Shown here: one piece after another, positions 48,586 through 59,929 of the stretch | Layout of the letters: the number at the start of each line of letters is the position of its first letter | Position numbering within the stretch: the stretch's first letter is position 1 | Assembly (NCBI RefSeq): GCF_004010195.1 | Contig: NC_057752.1 | Span: 12,836,381 to 12,900,380, forward strand | DNA from: Chiloscyllium plagiosum | Lineage: Eukaryota | Direction of reading: 5' to 3' | Length of the DNA: 64,000 bases | Program-made: the position numbers and the translations under genes | Notes under the pieces: model-generated | Database searches by the model: none | The model's input: only the letters and a program-made list of their open reading frames with translations | What the model was told of the DNA's origin: nothing

Positions 48586-50429
48586 AAAGCAGTCAATGTG
48601 ATATTTTGTTCTAATGAAGCCACTGGATGTTTCTTTGTTTTGTTCACAAGGGTTTCTCACCGAAGTGTCTTTGTGGTACCTGAGACTCGGGGGACACAGT
48701 GTAGTGTCTGACTGTTCAACCAGTGGAGGCTTTATAGGCCAACTGAGTTGATCACAGACCCCACCAATGAACCCTGTCTGAAAGTCCTCACACTTTGCAG
48801 TTGGTGTCACTGGTAACGAGACACCTTTCAGGTCAATGATAATTGTCCAAGCAAACCTGCTTTTGTTACATTTTGTAGAATATTACTTTGAGCTGTTAAC
48901 ATGATACACAGATCTTTTTACCATGGGCTCTGTGCAGGCTGTCTGGCAGACTAGGCACTTCTGAAGACAGGCTTCTCCTGTTTTCGATCTGTTCACCTGC
49001 ACCACAAAGGGGCCTTATGCTGCCAAACAGGCGACTCACGAGGACGGCTCCCCACTGTGCACATTGGCAGCCAAACATTGCGACGAATCAAAGAACAGAG
49101 GGCAAAATAAACCTCTGTAAATAGCATTCACAGCTGTAGTCAGGCGATTATGAAAAAAAAACATGCTTTTATTGAAGCAGCCTGGACAGGCTACACGTGG
49201 CAGCCTGTGCTTCTTTAAATAGAATTTATACTTCATTTAATGCAGCAGAGTTGGCTTATCATCACACCCAGTTGACCAGCCAAATATATGACTCTGTGAA
49301 ATCCTGACAGGCACAATCTGCCTTACACTCTTGCTTGTATTAATGGATTATGTGTTTCTTGCTGAAAGCAAGCCTGGACCCCCTTAACTGGAAGGTCATA
49401 CTGTGAAAGCCCTGGAATAAGTTAAAAGGCTGGCAACATCACACTTTGTGACCTCTCGTCCTGCAGAATATTCACTTTCCCTTCCCTTTCGCAAGTTTCT
49501 CAGAAGGGCATTTAGTTCTATTGGCAGGCCATCGAGGTACTGCAAGATCCCACAGAACACAAAGCGACGAGCCAAATGGCAGCAATGCAGAGCATGCCGG
49601 GAGGGTGCCTTACTTTTCTTCACGAGCCTGGATTTTCTGATTCTAAACAAAATTGTCAGCAAGAACGTCTCTGAGGAAAATCCAGGGCAGGCACCCACAG
49701 ATGTCAACAGTCGGGATTTCAGGTGATGGTATTCTCTTCACAGGCAGCTCCCTCCCAGTGTTGTTACTTAATTGTGTATAATTTCTACAGTGGGGCTTGA
49801 ACTGACCAGCATCACACACCAAGGCTAAATTAAGGTGAAACCAACTGAGCCCAGTTACTGCTTTTGTGCCGGTTGTCTCCCTACAGCTTCAGCATCTCAT
49901 CCTCTTAATCTGAGGCTTAGTCTCAAAGCTTATCCTAATCACCATTAACCCCACTCACAAGATGTTAATCCCAGACCAGTCATTGTCCTCAAAGCCTGCA
50001 CACTTTTTTGTGTTCCTCATTTCTATTTGACTAGTCCCTGCTGTTTCTGTGCAGATTGAATTCCTGACTTGGCAGGGAAACTGGCAGCTGGATAACAATT
50101 TACAAATTTTGCCATTTCGAGAAGTGTCTTGTGGTCCAAAAATAACTCTGGTCCAATGGTGATGCAAATGATTTCCACATATATCAGGATATGGCTGTAT
50201 AAACCATCAGCTGGAAATCTGGAAGATTCCATTCCTGGGACAAGTGTTGAGTGAGAGGGGGAGACAGGCCACCATTTTGATGGATAGAGGTGCATGGGAG
50301 CTTGCATCAGGCTTTGGTCTTCCTAGCCTTGTGAGAGCGTTGCTTTGTCTTTTAGCTCTTTCGTCTTCCTTGTAACTTCTCTATCTCTGTTACCTGTGAC
50401 AGGCCTATAGTCTTGTCTCAATGTTATCT

Positions 50430-51115
50430 TATAGTCAGAGAGATGTACAGCATGGAAACAGACCCTTCAGTCCAACTCGCCCATGCCGACTAGTAATCCT
50501 CACCTAATTTAGTCTCATTTTCCAGCACCCGGCCCATATCCCTCTAAATCCTTCCTATTCATGTCTCCATCCAGATACCTTTTAAATGTTGTAATTGTAC
50601 CAGCCTCCACCACTTCTTCTGGCAGCTCGTTCCATACATGCACCACCCTCTGCGTGAAAAAGTTGCCCCTTAGGCCTCTTTTATATCTTTCTGCTCTCGC
50701 CCTAAATTTATGCCCTCTAGTTCTGGACTCCCCCACCCCAGGAAAAATACTTTGTCTATTTACCCTATCCATGTCCCTCATAGTTTTGTAAACCTCTATA
50801 AGGTCACCCCTCAGTCTCTGACGCTCCAGGGAAAACAGCCCCAGCCTATTCAGCCTCTCCTATAGCTCAAATTAGATTAGATTATTAGATTACATTAGAT
50901 TACATTAGAACCCGGGTCTCTGGTGCTGTGAGGCAGCAGTGCTAACCACTGTGCCACCGTGCCGCCCATATCTTCCAACCTTCCAATCTTCCAATCTTCC
51001 AACCCTGGCAACATCCTTGTAAATCTTTTCTGAACCCTTTCAAGTTTCACAACATCCTTCCGATAGGAAGGAGACCAGAACTGCACGCAGTATTCCAACA
51101 GTGGCCTAACCATAG
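50430..51115 (-). mobile_element. CR1 3' fragment (same family as 3900-4507) with nested mini-SINE
   Basis: RPLLEYCVQFWSPSYRKDVVKLERVQKRFTRMLPG and GNFFTQRVVHVWNELP. Confidence 0.9.
50871..50968 (-). mobile_element. HE1 head-plus-tail mini-SINE
   Basis: Minus strand gggcggcacggtggcacagtggttagcactgctgcctcacagcaccagagacccgggttc joined directly to taatgtaatctaat repeats. Confidence 0.85.
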
Positions 51116-51119
51116 TCCT

Positions 51120-51428
51120 CGAAGATCTCTTCATACCTCAAATACTGGCCTCTTGAAAATCCCCAAGTTTAATTGCTTTATCATTGGTCACTGTACCTCC
51201 AGCTGCCTAAACCCCATTCTCTGAAATTTCCCTGCTAAAACTCTTTATTGCATTGGCCTCTTTTGAAACCATCCGTAAAACTTGCCTCTTTGACCAGGTT
51301 TTAGTCCCCCCCATCCTATTATGTCACCTTACATGGCTGAGTGTCAGGTTTTGCTTGATAGTCGCTCCCGAGAAGCACCTTGGGAGGTTTAATAAGATCG
51401 GTGGTGCTACACAAATGCAAGTTGTTGA
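51120..51428 (+). mobile_element. L2-like LINE 3' end
   Basis: aaaacttgcctctttgaccag (KTxLF) then gaagcaccttgggag...gtgctacacaaatgcaagttgttg tail. Confidence 0.6.
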
Positions 51429-51644
51429 CGTGGTGGGACAGGCGCCAGGGTGGATGGTGCAGGATCAAAGTTTATGACAGTGAAACGGAAACTGAGAAAA
51501 ATGAACACTTTGTGCTCAGGAAATGCCAAAGTCTGACAATGTCTGAGGATTGGAGGAGGAAGTTTGGGAAACCTGAGAAGCTGGACATCTTATAAGCAAT
51601 TGGTTAGAAATTCAACTCGTGACAAATTTTGATTTCAAAGCTGA

Positions 51645-52215
51645 CAATCCTGCAGCAAGTAACTCACTACCTGACTTTCCAAAGCCTGCTCACCATCTAC
51701 AAGGCACAAGTCAGGAGTGTGATGGAATACTCCCCACTTCCCCTGGATGGGGGCACCACCAACAACACTCAAGAAGCTCGACACCATCCAAGACAAAACA
51801 GCCTGCTTGATTGGCACCACATCCACAAACATTCATTCCCTATCCACTCAATACATAGAACATAGAACAATAACAACAGTGTGTACCAAAGATCCTTCGA
51901 CAGCACCTTCCAAACCCACGACCACTTCCGTCTCGAAGGACCAGGGCAGCAGGTCCATGGGAACACCACCCCCTGAAAACTCCTGTCAAGCCTCTCACCA
52001 TCCTGACTTGGAAATATATCGCTGTTCCTTCGGTGTCACTGGGTCAAAACCCTGAAATTCCCCTCTTTAAATGTGAGTCTAGCTACAGCACATGGACTGC
52101 AGCAGTTCAAGAAGGCAGCTCACCACCACCTTCTCAAGGGGCAACTAGGGATGGGACAATAAATGCTGGGCCCAGGCAGCAATCCCCACATCTCAGGAAT
52201 GAATTTAAAAAAGCC
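51645..52215 (+). mobile_element. LINE-B 3' portion
   Basis: TIYKAQVRSVMEYSP and APPTTLKKLDTIQDKTACLIG; tail gggcaactagggatgggacaataaatgctggg...gaatgaatttaaaaaa. Confidence 0.87.
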
Positions 52216-52415
52216 TTTTAGCTGAGAATACCTTGGCCCTGGAGTCTTCAGATGGTGGTGGAAAACAATCCCTGTGCCTGAATGTTAAGGCTTGAGGTGC
52301 CCTGATATAAACCCTTTGCCTTGTTTATATTGATCTAGCGAGTTGGGGATAATAACATAAGCAATTTCCCACAGAGGGAAAAAAACAGCAAATAACAACA
52401 CTAATACTGTATGAG

Positions 52416-52466
52416 CTGACACATTTTTCATCTCTGATCTCCAGCATCTGCAGTCCTCACTTTCTC
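52416..52466 (+). mobile_element. 51-bp PLE (P1) terminus with perfect 15-bp TSD
   Basis: ctaatactgtatgag at 52401-52415 and 52467-52481 around tctgatctccagcatctgcagtcctcactttctc. Confidence 0.85.
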
Positions 52467-52933
52467 CTAATACTGTATGAGGTGAAGATATTGATTGCAC
52501 TGGAGATCCATTCTGAGGTACACAAAATTAGTTAGACCATAATAAATTTCTCATTTGTTAGGGGTTTCTTCCATTCACTCGTGCTGAAAGGGACTTTTTT
52601 TCTGAAAAATCTCTTCAGAATTTTACAATATTACACAGTGGACAGTGATAGTGTTCAGTAAATTAAACAGTGTGATCTGATGCAATAGAAAGTTAGTATT
52701 TTTGTGCATGTCAGCAATTATCTGAGACATTCCAACAATATGAGAATTAATTAGAGAGCAGGAGGTGTTGGCACCAAGATCGCATTAAGCCTATAAGGAG
52801 ACCAGAGGTACAGATGTCTCGAGAATCTGCCTTGTTAATTGGGACAGCAGACAATAATGCAGGACCAATTTGCAAGTCATTACAGTTATAGCCAATCAGA
52901 GGTGACATTTAACAATCATAGAATCCCTACAGT

Positions 52934-53203
52934 CACTGCCCTTTGATGTGAAGGGCAGTGTTTGTCACTGGCCACCCGGGTGTTTTCCTATCTTCCTGGT
53001 GGTGGAAATTGAATAAATATTCGTGCACTTTGTGTCTTTCACTGTGTCTCATACCTGCACACACACACACCATGGGAGATAGAAAGAAAAGAAAAAAAAA
53101 ACAGGAGAAAAGGGCAGTGTTTGTCACTGGCCACCCTGGTGTTTGCCTATTGTGAGTGTATGTGCAAGGGGACTATCCCTAGACCAGCTGCCAAAAAAAA
53201 AAT
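52934..53203 (+). mobile_element. Poly(A)-tailed retroposed 270-bp insert (L1/Tx1-like 3' end, tentative) with 15-bp TSD
   Basis: tagaatccctacagt at 52919-52933 and 53204-53218; aataaa near 53012; A-tracts at ~53082-53101 and 53193-53202. Confidence 0.7.
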
Positions 53204-53545
53204 TAGAATCCCTACAGTGTGAAAGCAGGCCATTCAACCCATCGAATTCACACTAACCCTCTGAAGAGCATCCCACCCAGACACACCCCACTTCTATCCT
53301 ACACCTGTAACCCCATGGTTAATCCATTTAACCTCCATCGCTGGACACTATGGGGAAATTTAGCAAGGCCAATCCACCTAACCTGCACATCTTTGGACTG
53401 AGGGAGGAGACCATTACAACACCCAGAGAGAACACACGTAGACGCTGGGGAGAATGTGCAAACTACACACAAACAGTCACCTGGGCACTAAAATTGAACT
53501 TGAATCCCTGGCACTATGAAAGAACGACCAACCACTGAGCCACTC
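53204..53545 (-). mobile_element. HE1-like V-SINE, decayed
   Basis: aatttagcaaggccaatccacctaacctgcacatctttggactg; gggagaatgtgcaaact; aaccactgagccac. Confidence 0.8.
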
Positions 53546-53804
53546 CAAAAGGATCAATAAAAAAAGCAGAAAGGAAGCAAGATTAAGAAAAGAGTTACAA
53601 TACAGGAAAGGAACAGTTCTGGGTTGTATATTGCAAGGAAATAGAAGCACGAATGGGAATGTGTGCTAATAATTTACAAGTATTATATCTGAACTGAGAG
53701 GATATATATTTTGTTGACAAAGGGTGACATTATTGAGGTCTTCAAAATTATGAAACATTTTTTAAAAACTTCTTTGCTATGTGAGTTTCAGTCTCAAGGC
53801 CAAT

Positions 53805-54095
53805 GTTTATTTCCTCTCCCTATTGCCCCCCCTTGAGAAGGTGGGGGTGAGCTGCCATCTTGAATCGCTGCAGTCCATGTGCTGTGGGTTGACCCACAAT
53901 GCCCTGAGGGAGGGAATTCCAGGATTTTGACCCAGCGACATGGAAGGAACGGCGATATATTTCCAAGTCAGGATAGTGAGGGGGCTCGGAGGGGAACTTG
54001 CAGGGGGTGGTGTTCCCATGTATCTGCTGCCCTTGTCCTTCTCGATGAAAGTGGTGTAGATGGTCATCGCCTGGCACTTGTGTGGCATGAATGTT
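53805..54095 (-). mobile_element. LINE-B 3' fragment
   Basis: HPDLEIYRRSFHVAGSKSWNSLPQGIVGQPTAHGLQRFK. Confidence 0.82.
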
Positions 54096-54330
54096 TGCTT
54101 CCATTTGTGGGCAGTAAAAAACTGGAGGCAATAAAATGTGAGATAGACACTAATAAACCCAATGCAAGAGTGGTTAGAATGTGGTGTTCTCTACTGCATC
54201 GAGTAGTTCACGGCAATACATGAAAACATTTAAGGGGAGGCCAGGTAAATGCATGAGAGAGAAAGGAATAGGGTGAGATGAAGTTTGGAGGGAGGAGGTT
54301 TATGTGGAGCTCAATGCTGACATGGATCAG

Positions 54331-54536
54331 GAGAAAATGAGGAGTGCAGATGCTGGAGCTCAGAGTCGAAAAGTGTGGTGCTGGAAAAGCACAACCAGTC
54401 AGGTAGCATCTGAGGAGCAGGAGAGTTGATGTTTCAAGCATGGGCTCTTCCTGATGAAGACCTCATGCTCGAAACATCAACTCTCCTGCTCCTCGGATGC
54501 TGCCTGACCGGCTGTACTTCTCCAGCACCATACCTT
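54331..54536. mobile_element. Fold-back PLE terminal-repeat insert with perfect 20-bp TSD
   Basis: Arms ~54369-54450 and 54455-54538 around CTGATGA (54451-54457); tcaatgctgacatggatcag at 54311-54330 and 54537-54556. Confidence 0.88.
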
Positions 54537-54984
54537 TCAATGCTGACATGGATCAGTTGGCTAAATGCGAGTGAGAAAGGATCATAGAGCTCATTGTTTT
54601 TGCAAAATGTCATACTTGCTGAGTCATCACTGACCCAAACCCCTTGCCAATCTCTCGGTTTGGGTCAGTCATTGACCAAGTCTGAATCTGGGACTTGAGT
54701 TCAATGATAAAGATCTGTTCTCGCCTGGGCAAGGCTTCGGGATCAGCTCTTCCTCTATTTCAAACTGTTTGCAAAAGAGAGCCAAAAATTGGCCAAACAT
54801 TCTTCTCTCAACCAAAATAACTAGCTGCTCTGCAGAGTTATCTCTCTTTATATTCTGGCTCTTTCTGGGACCTTGGCACCCACCGATTGTGTTCATCTGT
54901 TCTGTACTAGGATTCAAAGTCATTGAGGGTGTGAAGCAGTTTGAACACATGATGCTACACCATTGCTTTCCGTTAGGAAAGGTT

Positions 54985-55345
54985 GAGTAAACTTGATTTT
55001 ATTCCATTGAGTTTAGGAAGGTGAGGAACGTGTTAATCAAGACCTTGAAGAAGTTGGCGAGCTAGAAATAGAGAAACTGTTTCTCTGGTGCAGAGTCCAA
55101 AGCAAGGGGGCAGAATCTTCAATTGAGAACTAGACCATTCAGAGTTTGAGCAGGAAGCACTCTTTCAGATAAAGGGTTGTACAGATCTGGAATGTTGTTG
55201 CCTGGAAAGCTGTGGAAGTTTGGACAGCACAGGTTATGCACCAATAGGAGGAAAATGGAGTTGAAGGGAAAAGCAGTCAGGATTTAATGGACTAGTAGAA
55301 TGGGGGTAAGTGGTTGAATGGCCTCCATCTCTTCTGATCCGTTCC
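54985..55345 (+). mobile_element. Decayed CR1 3' fragment
   Basis: ttattccattgagtttaggaaggtgagg, gagaaactgtttctctgg, gatctggaatg and gttgaatggcctcc. Confidence 0.6.
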
Positions 55346-57240
55346 TGAGGGGCTTTTACTTTCACAAAACTTGGGTAGAATCTGAGTGACATGGGCTATT
55401 GCAAACTAGACAAGAATTGGACAAGAAATCTGGCCTGGCCTATCTCGAAGTTGGGAGCCCCTCGCTCCAGGTTTAGACAAACCATGTGGGGAGTTTCTTA
55501 CTGGGCAGCAGTGAGATGCCAATTAACGGGGATTATTGCTCATTAAATGGCTTGTTAACAATCCAACTCACCTTATTAATATTCATATGCTCTTATTAAA
55601 CAAGCATCGGGAATTCTCGCCACCTGCTGTGAGTGTCCTCCTTGTTGGACACTGGGCACCAAAATCTCAGGGCTTTTCTCCATGGGCATCAGCCCCACTC
55701 ATCCCGCATCCATGGATGTTGGCATCTGTGCCAGCATGAAAGAATCCTCATTCTCTGATCCACTTACAGTACACTCTGCCCTTCAGTGCTACCCCTTCGG
55801 TTGTCCTGGTAACTCTCACTGTAACATTGCAGCAAAGACACTGTGTGCTCAGGGACACACCTCCAACTCGAGGACTGCATCAGGCTGGATCTCCATCTGG
55901 GCCCCTTACTCCCTCTATATAGAACTAACGCAGGGGAGGGATTGCATTCAAGATTGAAATGAACTGCATTTTGACAGTGCACAAATGGTACTATGGTAGT
56001 TAATGCTAGAAGACTGATCCTTCAGCAGCCTGGACTAATGCTCTGGGGCAAGGGTTCAAATCTCCCCATGACAGCTGGGAAATTAAATTAATTCAACAAA
56101 TCTGGAATTAAAACGCATATATGATGATAAGAATTAAGCTGTTGTTATCCTTTAGGGAAGGAAATTTGCCATCCTTACCAGTCTGGCCTACATGTGGTTG
56201 TCTTTGAACCACCCTCTGAAATGGCTGAGCAATGCCTCCACTTGTTACAAAGATGGCTCAATGCTGCCATCATGAGGGCACTGAAGGTTTTCTTGCCCAT
56301 CTTGAGCAGCTGTTGGCAGAGGGTACCATCACCTGAAAATCAGCATGGCTGTCTTTGTGGTAGCTTGGAGCAAAGTGGCAGCGAGAACAGAATTAGAACG
56401 TAAACAACCCAGCTGCTTAAGCTTTTCAGATGTTTCTGACCATGTTTTACAGCCAGTAGACCTGACAGTGTGGTGTTATCACCACAGTGAACAGGAGCAC
56501 ATTAAGAAAGTAATGACAATTGTCAGGAAGGCAGTAATCTCTGGTTTAGAGACAATTTAGTCTTTACTGCTTTCACTGTAAACATTTGATTGTTATTTGC
56601 ATAAAATTGCCTTCCTGCAGAGCGATTAAACACATTTGAGCCTCTCACTAGCCTCAGCTCAGGGAAAAATCATTTTATTTTTAAGCATTTCCGCTGTGGA
56701 TTTGATGTGAGCAGTAGATGAATGCTGCTTCTGGTTTTTTTTCTGGGAGAAAATTCTTAAAAAATCGAGGCCAAGGCCTAGTTCAGGCTCTGGGAGTTTC
56801 AGTGTGACGCTTTGATTATGGTACAGAGCAGTACAGTTGAAGTTGTCGAGGGACCTCTGATTTGATCAATTCAGTGACAGGTATTAAGATGGATGCCATG
56901 AGAGAAATGGGTGCTTTCTCATCTGCTGGTTCTCTAGTTGACCGCTCACTGAGAACATGCACATGGATCAGACCACACAACACTCAATTTGATTTGCAAC
57001 TCGGCAAGTATCTATTTGTCTTTGAGTTCAAACTTACTTTTCGGATTATCAAACCCGTCTTGGAATTTACATGTAAATGTTTTCAGTGCGTCACTTCTCA
57101 AGGGTCCAGTTTGTCCTGCGAGAGTTGACCTCTAAGTGTTGTTCAACATTGGGGAGAACCAATTCATCAGTCGAGGGAGGACGGTATGTGGCAATCAGCA
57201 GGAGGTTTCCTTGCCCATGTTTGACCTGAAGCCACAAGAA

Positions 57241-57570
57241 GGGTGGCATGGTGGCTCAGTGGTTAGCACTGCAGCCTTACAGCACCAGGGTCCCAGGTTC
57301 GATTCTAGCCTCAGGTGACTGTCTGTTTGGGGTTTGCACATTCTCCTTGTGTCTGAGTGGGTTTCCTCCGGGTGCTCCGGTTTCCTCCCACAGTCCAAAG
57401 ATGTGTACCTCAGGTGGATTGGCCATGCTAAATTGCCCATAGTGTTAGCTTCATTAGTCAGAGGGGAAATGGGTCTGGGTGGGTTACACTTCGGAGAGTC
57501 GGTATGGACTGGTTGGGCTGAAGAGCCTGTTTCCACGCTGTAGGGAATCTAATCTAATCTAATCTAATCT
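57241..57570 (+). mobile_element. HE1-like V-SINE with (taatc)n tail
   Basis: gggtggcatggtggctcagtggttagcac...gggtttcctccgggtgctccggtttcctcccacagtcc...tagggaatctaatctaatctaatc. Confidence 0.88.
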
Positions 57571-57920
57571 GAACTTCATGGTGTCTGGTTTCGATGTTGA
57601 GGACTCCCAGGGCAACTCCCTCCTGACTGTATCCCACTGTGCCACCACCTCTCCTGCGTCTGTCCTGCCGGTGGGACAGGATGTATCCAGGGATGGTGAT
57701 GGTGGTGTCTGGGACGTTGTCTGGAAGGTATGATTCCATGAGTATGACCATGTCAGACTGTTGCTTGACTAGTCTATGAGACAGCTGTCCCAATATTGGC
57801 ACTAGCCCCCAGGTGTTGGTGAGGAGGACTTTGCAGGGTCGACAGGCCTGAGTTTGCTTTGGTCATTTTTGGTGCCGAAGCCAATGCCAGATGGTCCGTC
57901 TGGTTTCATTTCATTTGTTT
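57571..57920 (-). mobile_element. Non-LTR APE endonuclease N-terminal fragment (probably LINE-B 5' region)
   Basis: DMVILMESYL...IPGYILSHRQDRRRRGGG matches the DI..L.E / GY....DR...GGG endonuclease motifs. Confidence 0.75.
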
Positions 57921-59169
57921 AGACATCGTAGTAATTTGACACAACTGAGTGGGTTGCTGGGCCATTTTGGAGGGTAGGGTTAAGTGTCAAACCCACATTG
58001 TTGTGGGCCTGAAGTCACATGTAGACCAGACTGCATAAGCAGTGTGTGTGTGCTTTTTTTAGGTGAGAGTATTAAGGGTCACCAAGGCAGGGAGATGGAG
58101 TTAAAGCATAGATCAGTCCTGAATTGATTGAACAGTGGAACAGGCTCGAGGTGCTGAAGCTTTCTCTTGCTTCTGTGTATAGAAACAAGTGTGTTAGAGA
58201 CCTTTTTCCAAGTGTTTCTTCAGCCATTAACACCTAGTAAATGTGCCTTGCTGTTGTGGAGGAAGTCGATTGGAGTTTTTAGCTCCCTGAGCAGATAGCA
58301 TTAGTTTCAACCACACCGTATTCCCTAACAATGTCGCATGTCTCATTTTTGTATTTCAGAGAAAATTTCTGTCACTCACAAAAGTGTTTGTAATCATTTC
58401 CAGTTTGACATCTGCCAGTGCTTATGGTGGGCCCTGTAAAGTGGGCACAATGCAGGTGGCTTTGGTCCCTGGCAAGATGGTATAAGAACCTTTTCTGAAT
58501 ATGGCAGCTGGGTATGTTCCAGGGCATTAAGAATGTCAACTAAGCCCTACCAGGGAAGACAAAAATATAGCTTCCAGGAGGAAGCCCCAGTCAGGCAGGA
58601 CTGGAGGGAGACAAAGCCCAGGAGAGATTTGGAAGTGGTAAAGAGTTGTCACTTGCAATGGCTCAGGCAAAGCAGAGATGCAGACAGGATGGAGGTGTAA
58701 CCCAATCTGTAAGATGTGGGAAAGAAACAGTTAACTTGAGCAGCAAACAACCAGGAAAGTTAAGGTCAGGGAGGAAGAGAAAGGACATGAAGGCGTGGGA
58801 AATGAAATGTTGGGGGGAAATAGCAGAAGATCAGATGGAACGTTAGTGTTTAAAATGGGAGAGAAAGGAAATGCAGGATGGAGATGGAAAGAAGGTCAAC
58901 CAAAAACTGTAACCATATTGGTCTAATTAACAGTGAGGTAGCCACCCAGGGAATGGAATGATAGAGTTGTTGGAATTATGTAACTGCAATAAAAATGTAT
59001 TTTTATGCAGAGGCTCTGTTAAAAAGAGGATGGGGCACTAAAAAGAGGGCCTGCCTCCACCTCCTCCAGTGGGCCAAGTAAATCTCATTCCATTTTGTCC
59101 CAATCCGGGCAAGAGCTGTGTCCTGGCCTATGTTCCTATTTCAGTTGAAAGTAGTGAAATGAAATGTCC

Positions 59170-59560
59170 CTTGTCTGCCTTCCGCGGGGACTGTTCCCTC
59201 CAGGGCACCCTGGTCCACTCCTCTTCCACTCCCAACACCTACCCACAGCCCCATGGCACCTTCACCTACACTTTATCTAGTCTACTGTATTCGTTACTCA
59301 CAATGTGGTGTCCTCTACACTGGGCAGAAGAAGCACAGACTGGGTGACTGCTTCACAGAACGCCACTGTTTTGTCTGCAAAAGTAACACTGAGCTTCTGG
59401 TTGCCTGCCACTTCAACACATGACTGTGCCACCTGGCCAACATCGCACCTCAGGCTTGCTGCAGTTTTCCAGCGAAGCTCAGCACAAGGTGGAAGAACAG
59501 TATCTTATAACCTTCAGAATTTAACATTGAGTTGAACAATGTCAGAATGTGAACACTTGC
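59170..59560 (+). mobile_element. PLE GIY-YIG fragment, decayed
   Basis: AFRGDCSLQGTLVHSS then ctagtctactgtattcgttactcacaatgtggtgtcctctacactggg (LVYCIRYSQCGVLYTG); homologous to 16410-16690. Confidence 0.75.
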
Positions 59561-59929
59561 CTAACCCCACACGCCAGTTCTGTATGGGTTGTTCCCAACA
59601 CAGTCAATCAATTTTAGAACATAGAACATTACAGCGCAGTACAGGCCCTTCAGCCCTCGATGTTGCACTGACCTGTGAAACCAATCTAAAGCCCATCTAA
59701 TCTGCACTATTCCATTTTCATCCATATGTTTATCCAATGACCATTTAAATGCCCGTAAAGTTGGCGAATCTACAACTGTTGGAGGCAGTGCATTCCACTC
59801 CCCTACTACTCTGAGTAAAGAACCTACCTCTGACATCTGTCCTATATCTATCACCCCTCAATTTAAAGATATGTCCCCTCGAGATAGCCATCACCATCCA
59901 AGGACAGAGGCTCTCACTGTCCATCCATC

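Noticed and set aside
55420..55950. Possible Harbinger-type DNA transposon remnant
   Set aside because: No terminal inverted repeats or transposase motif could be demonstrated.
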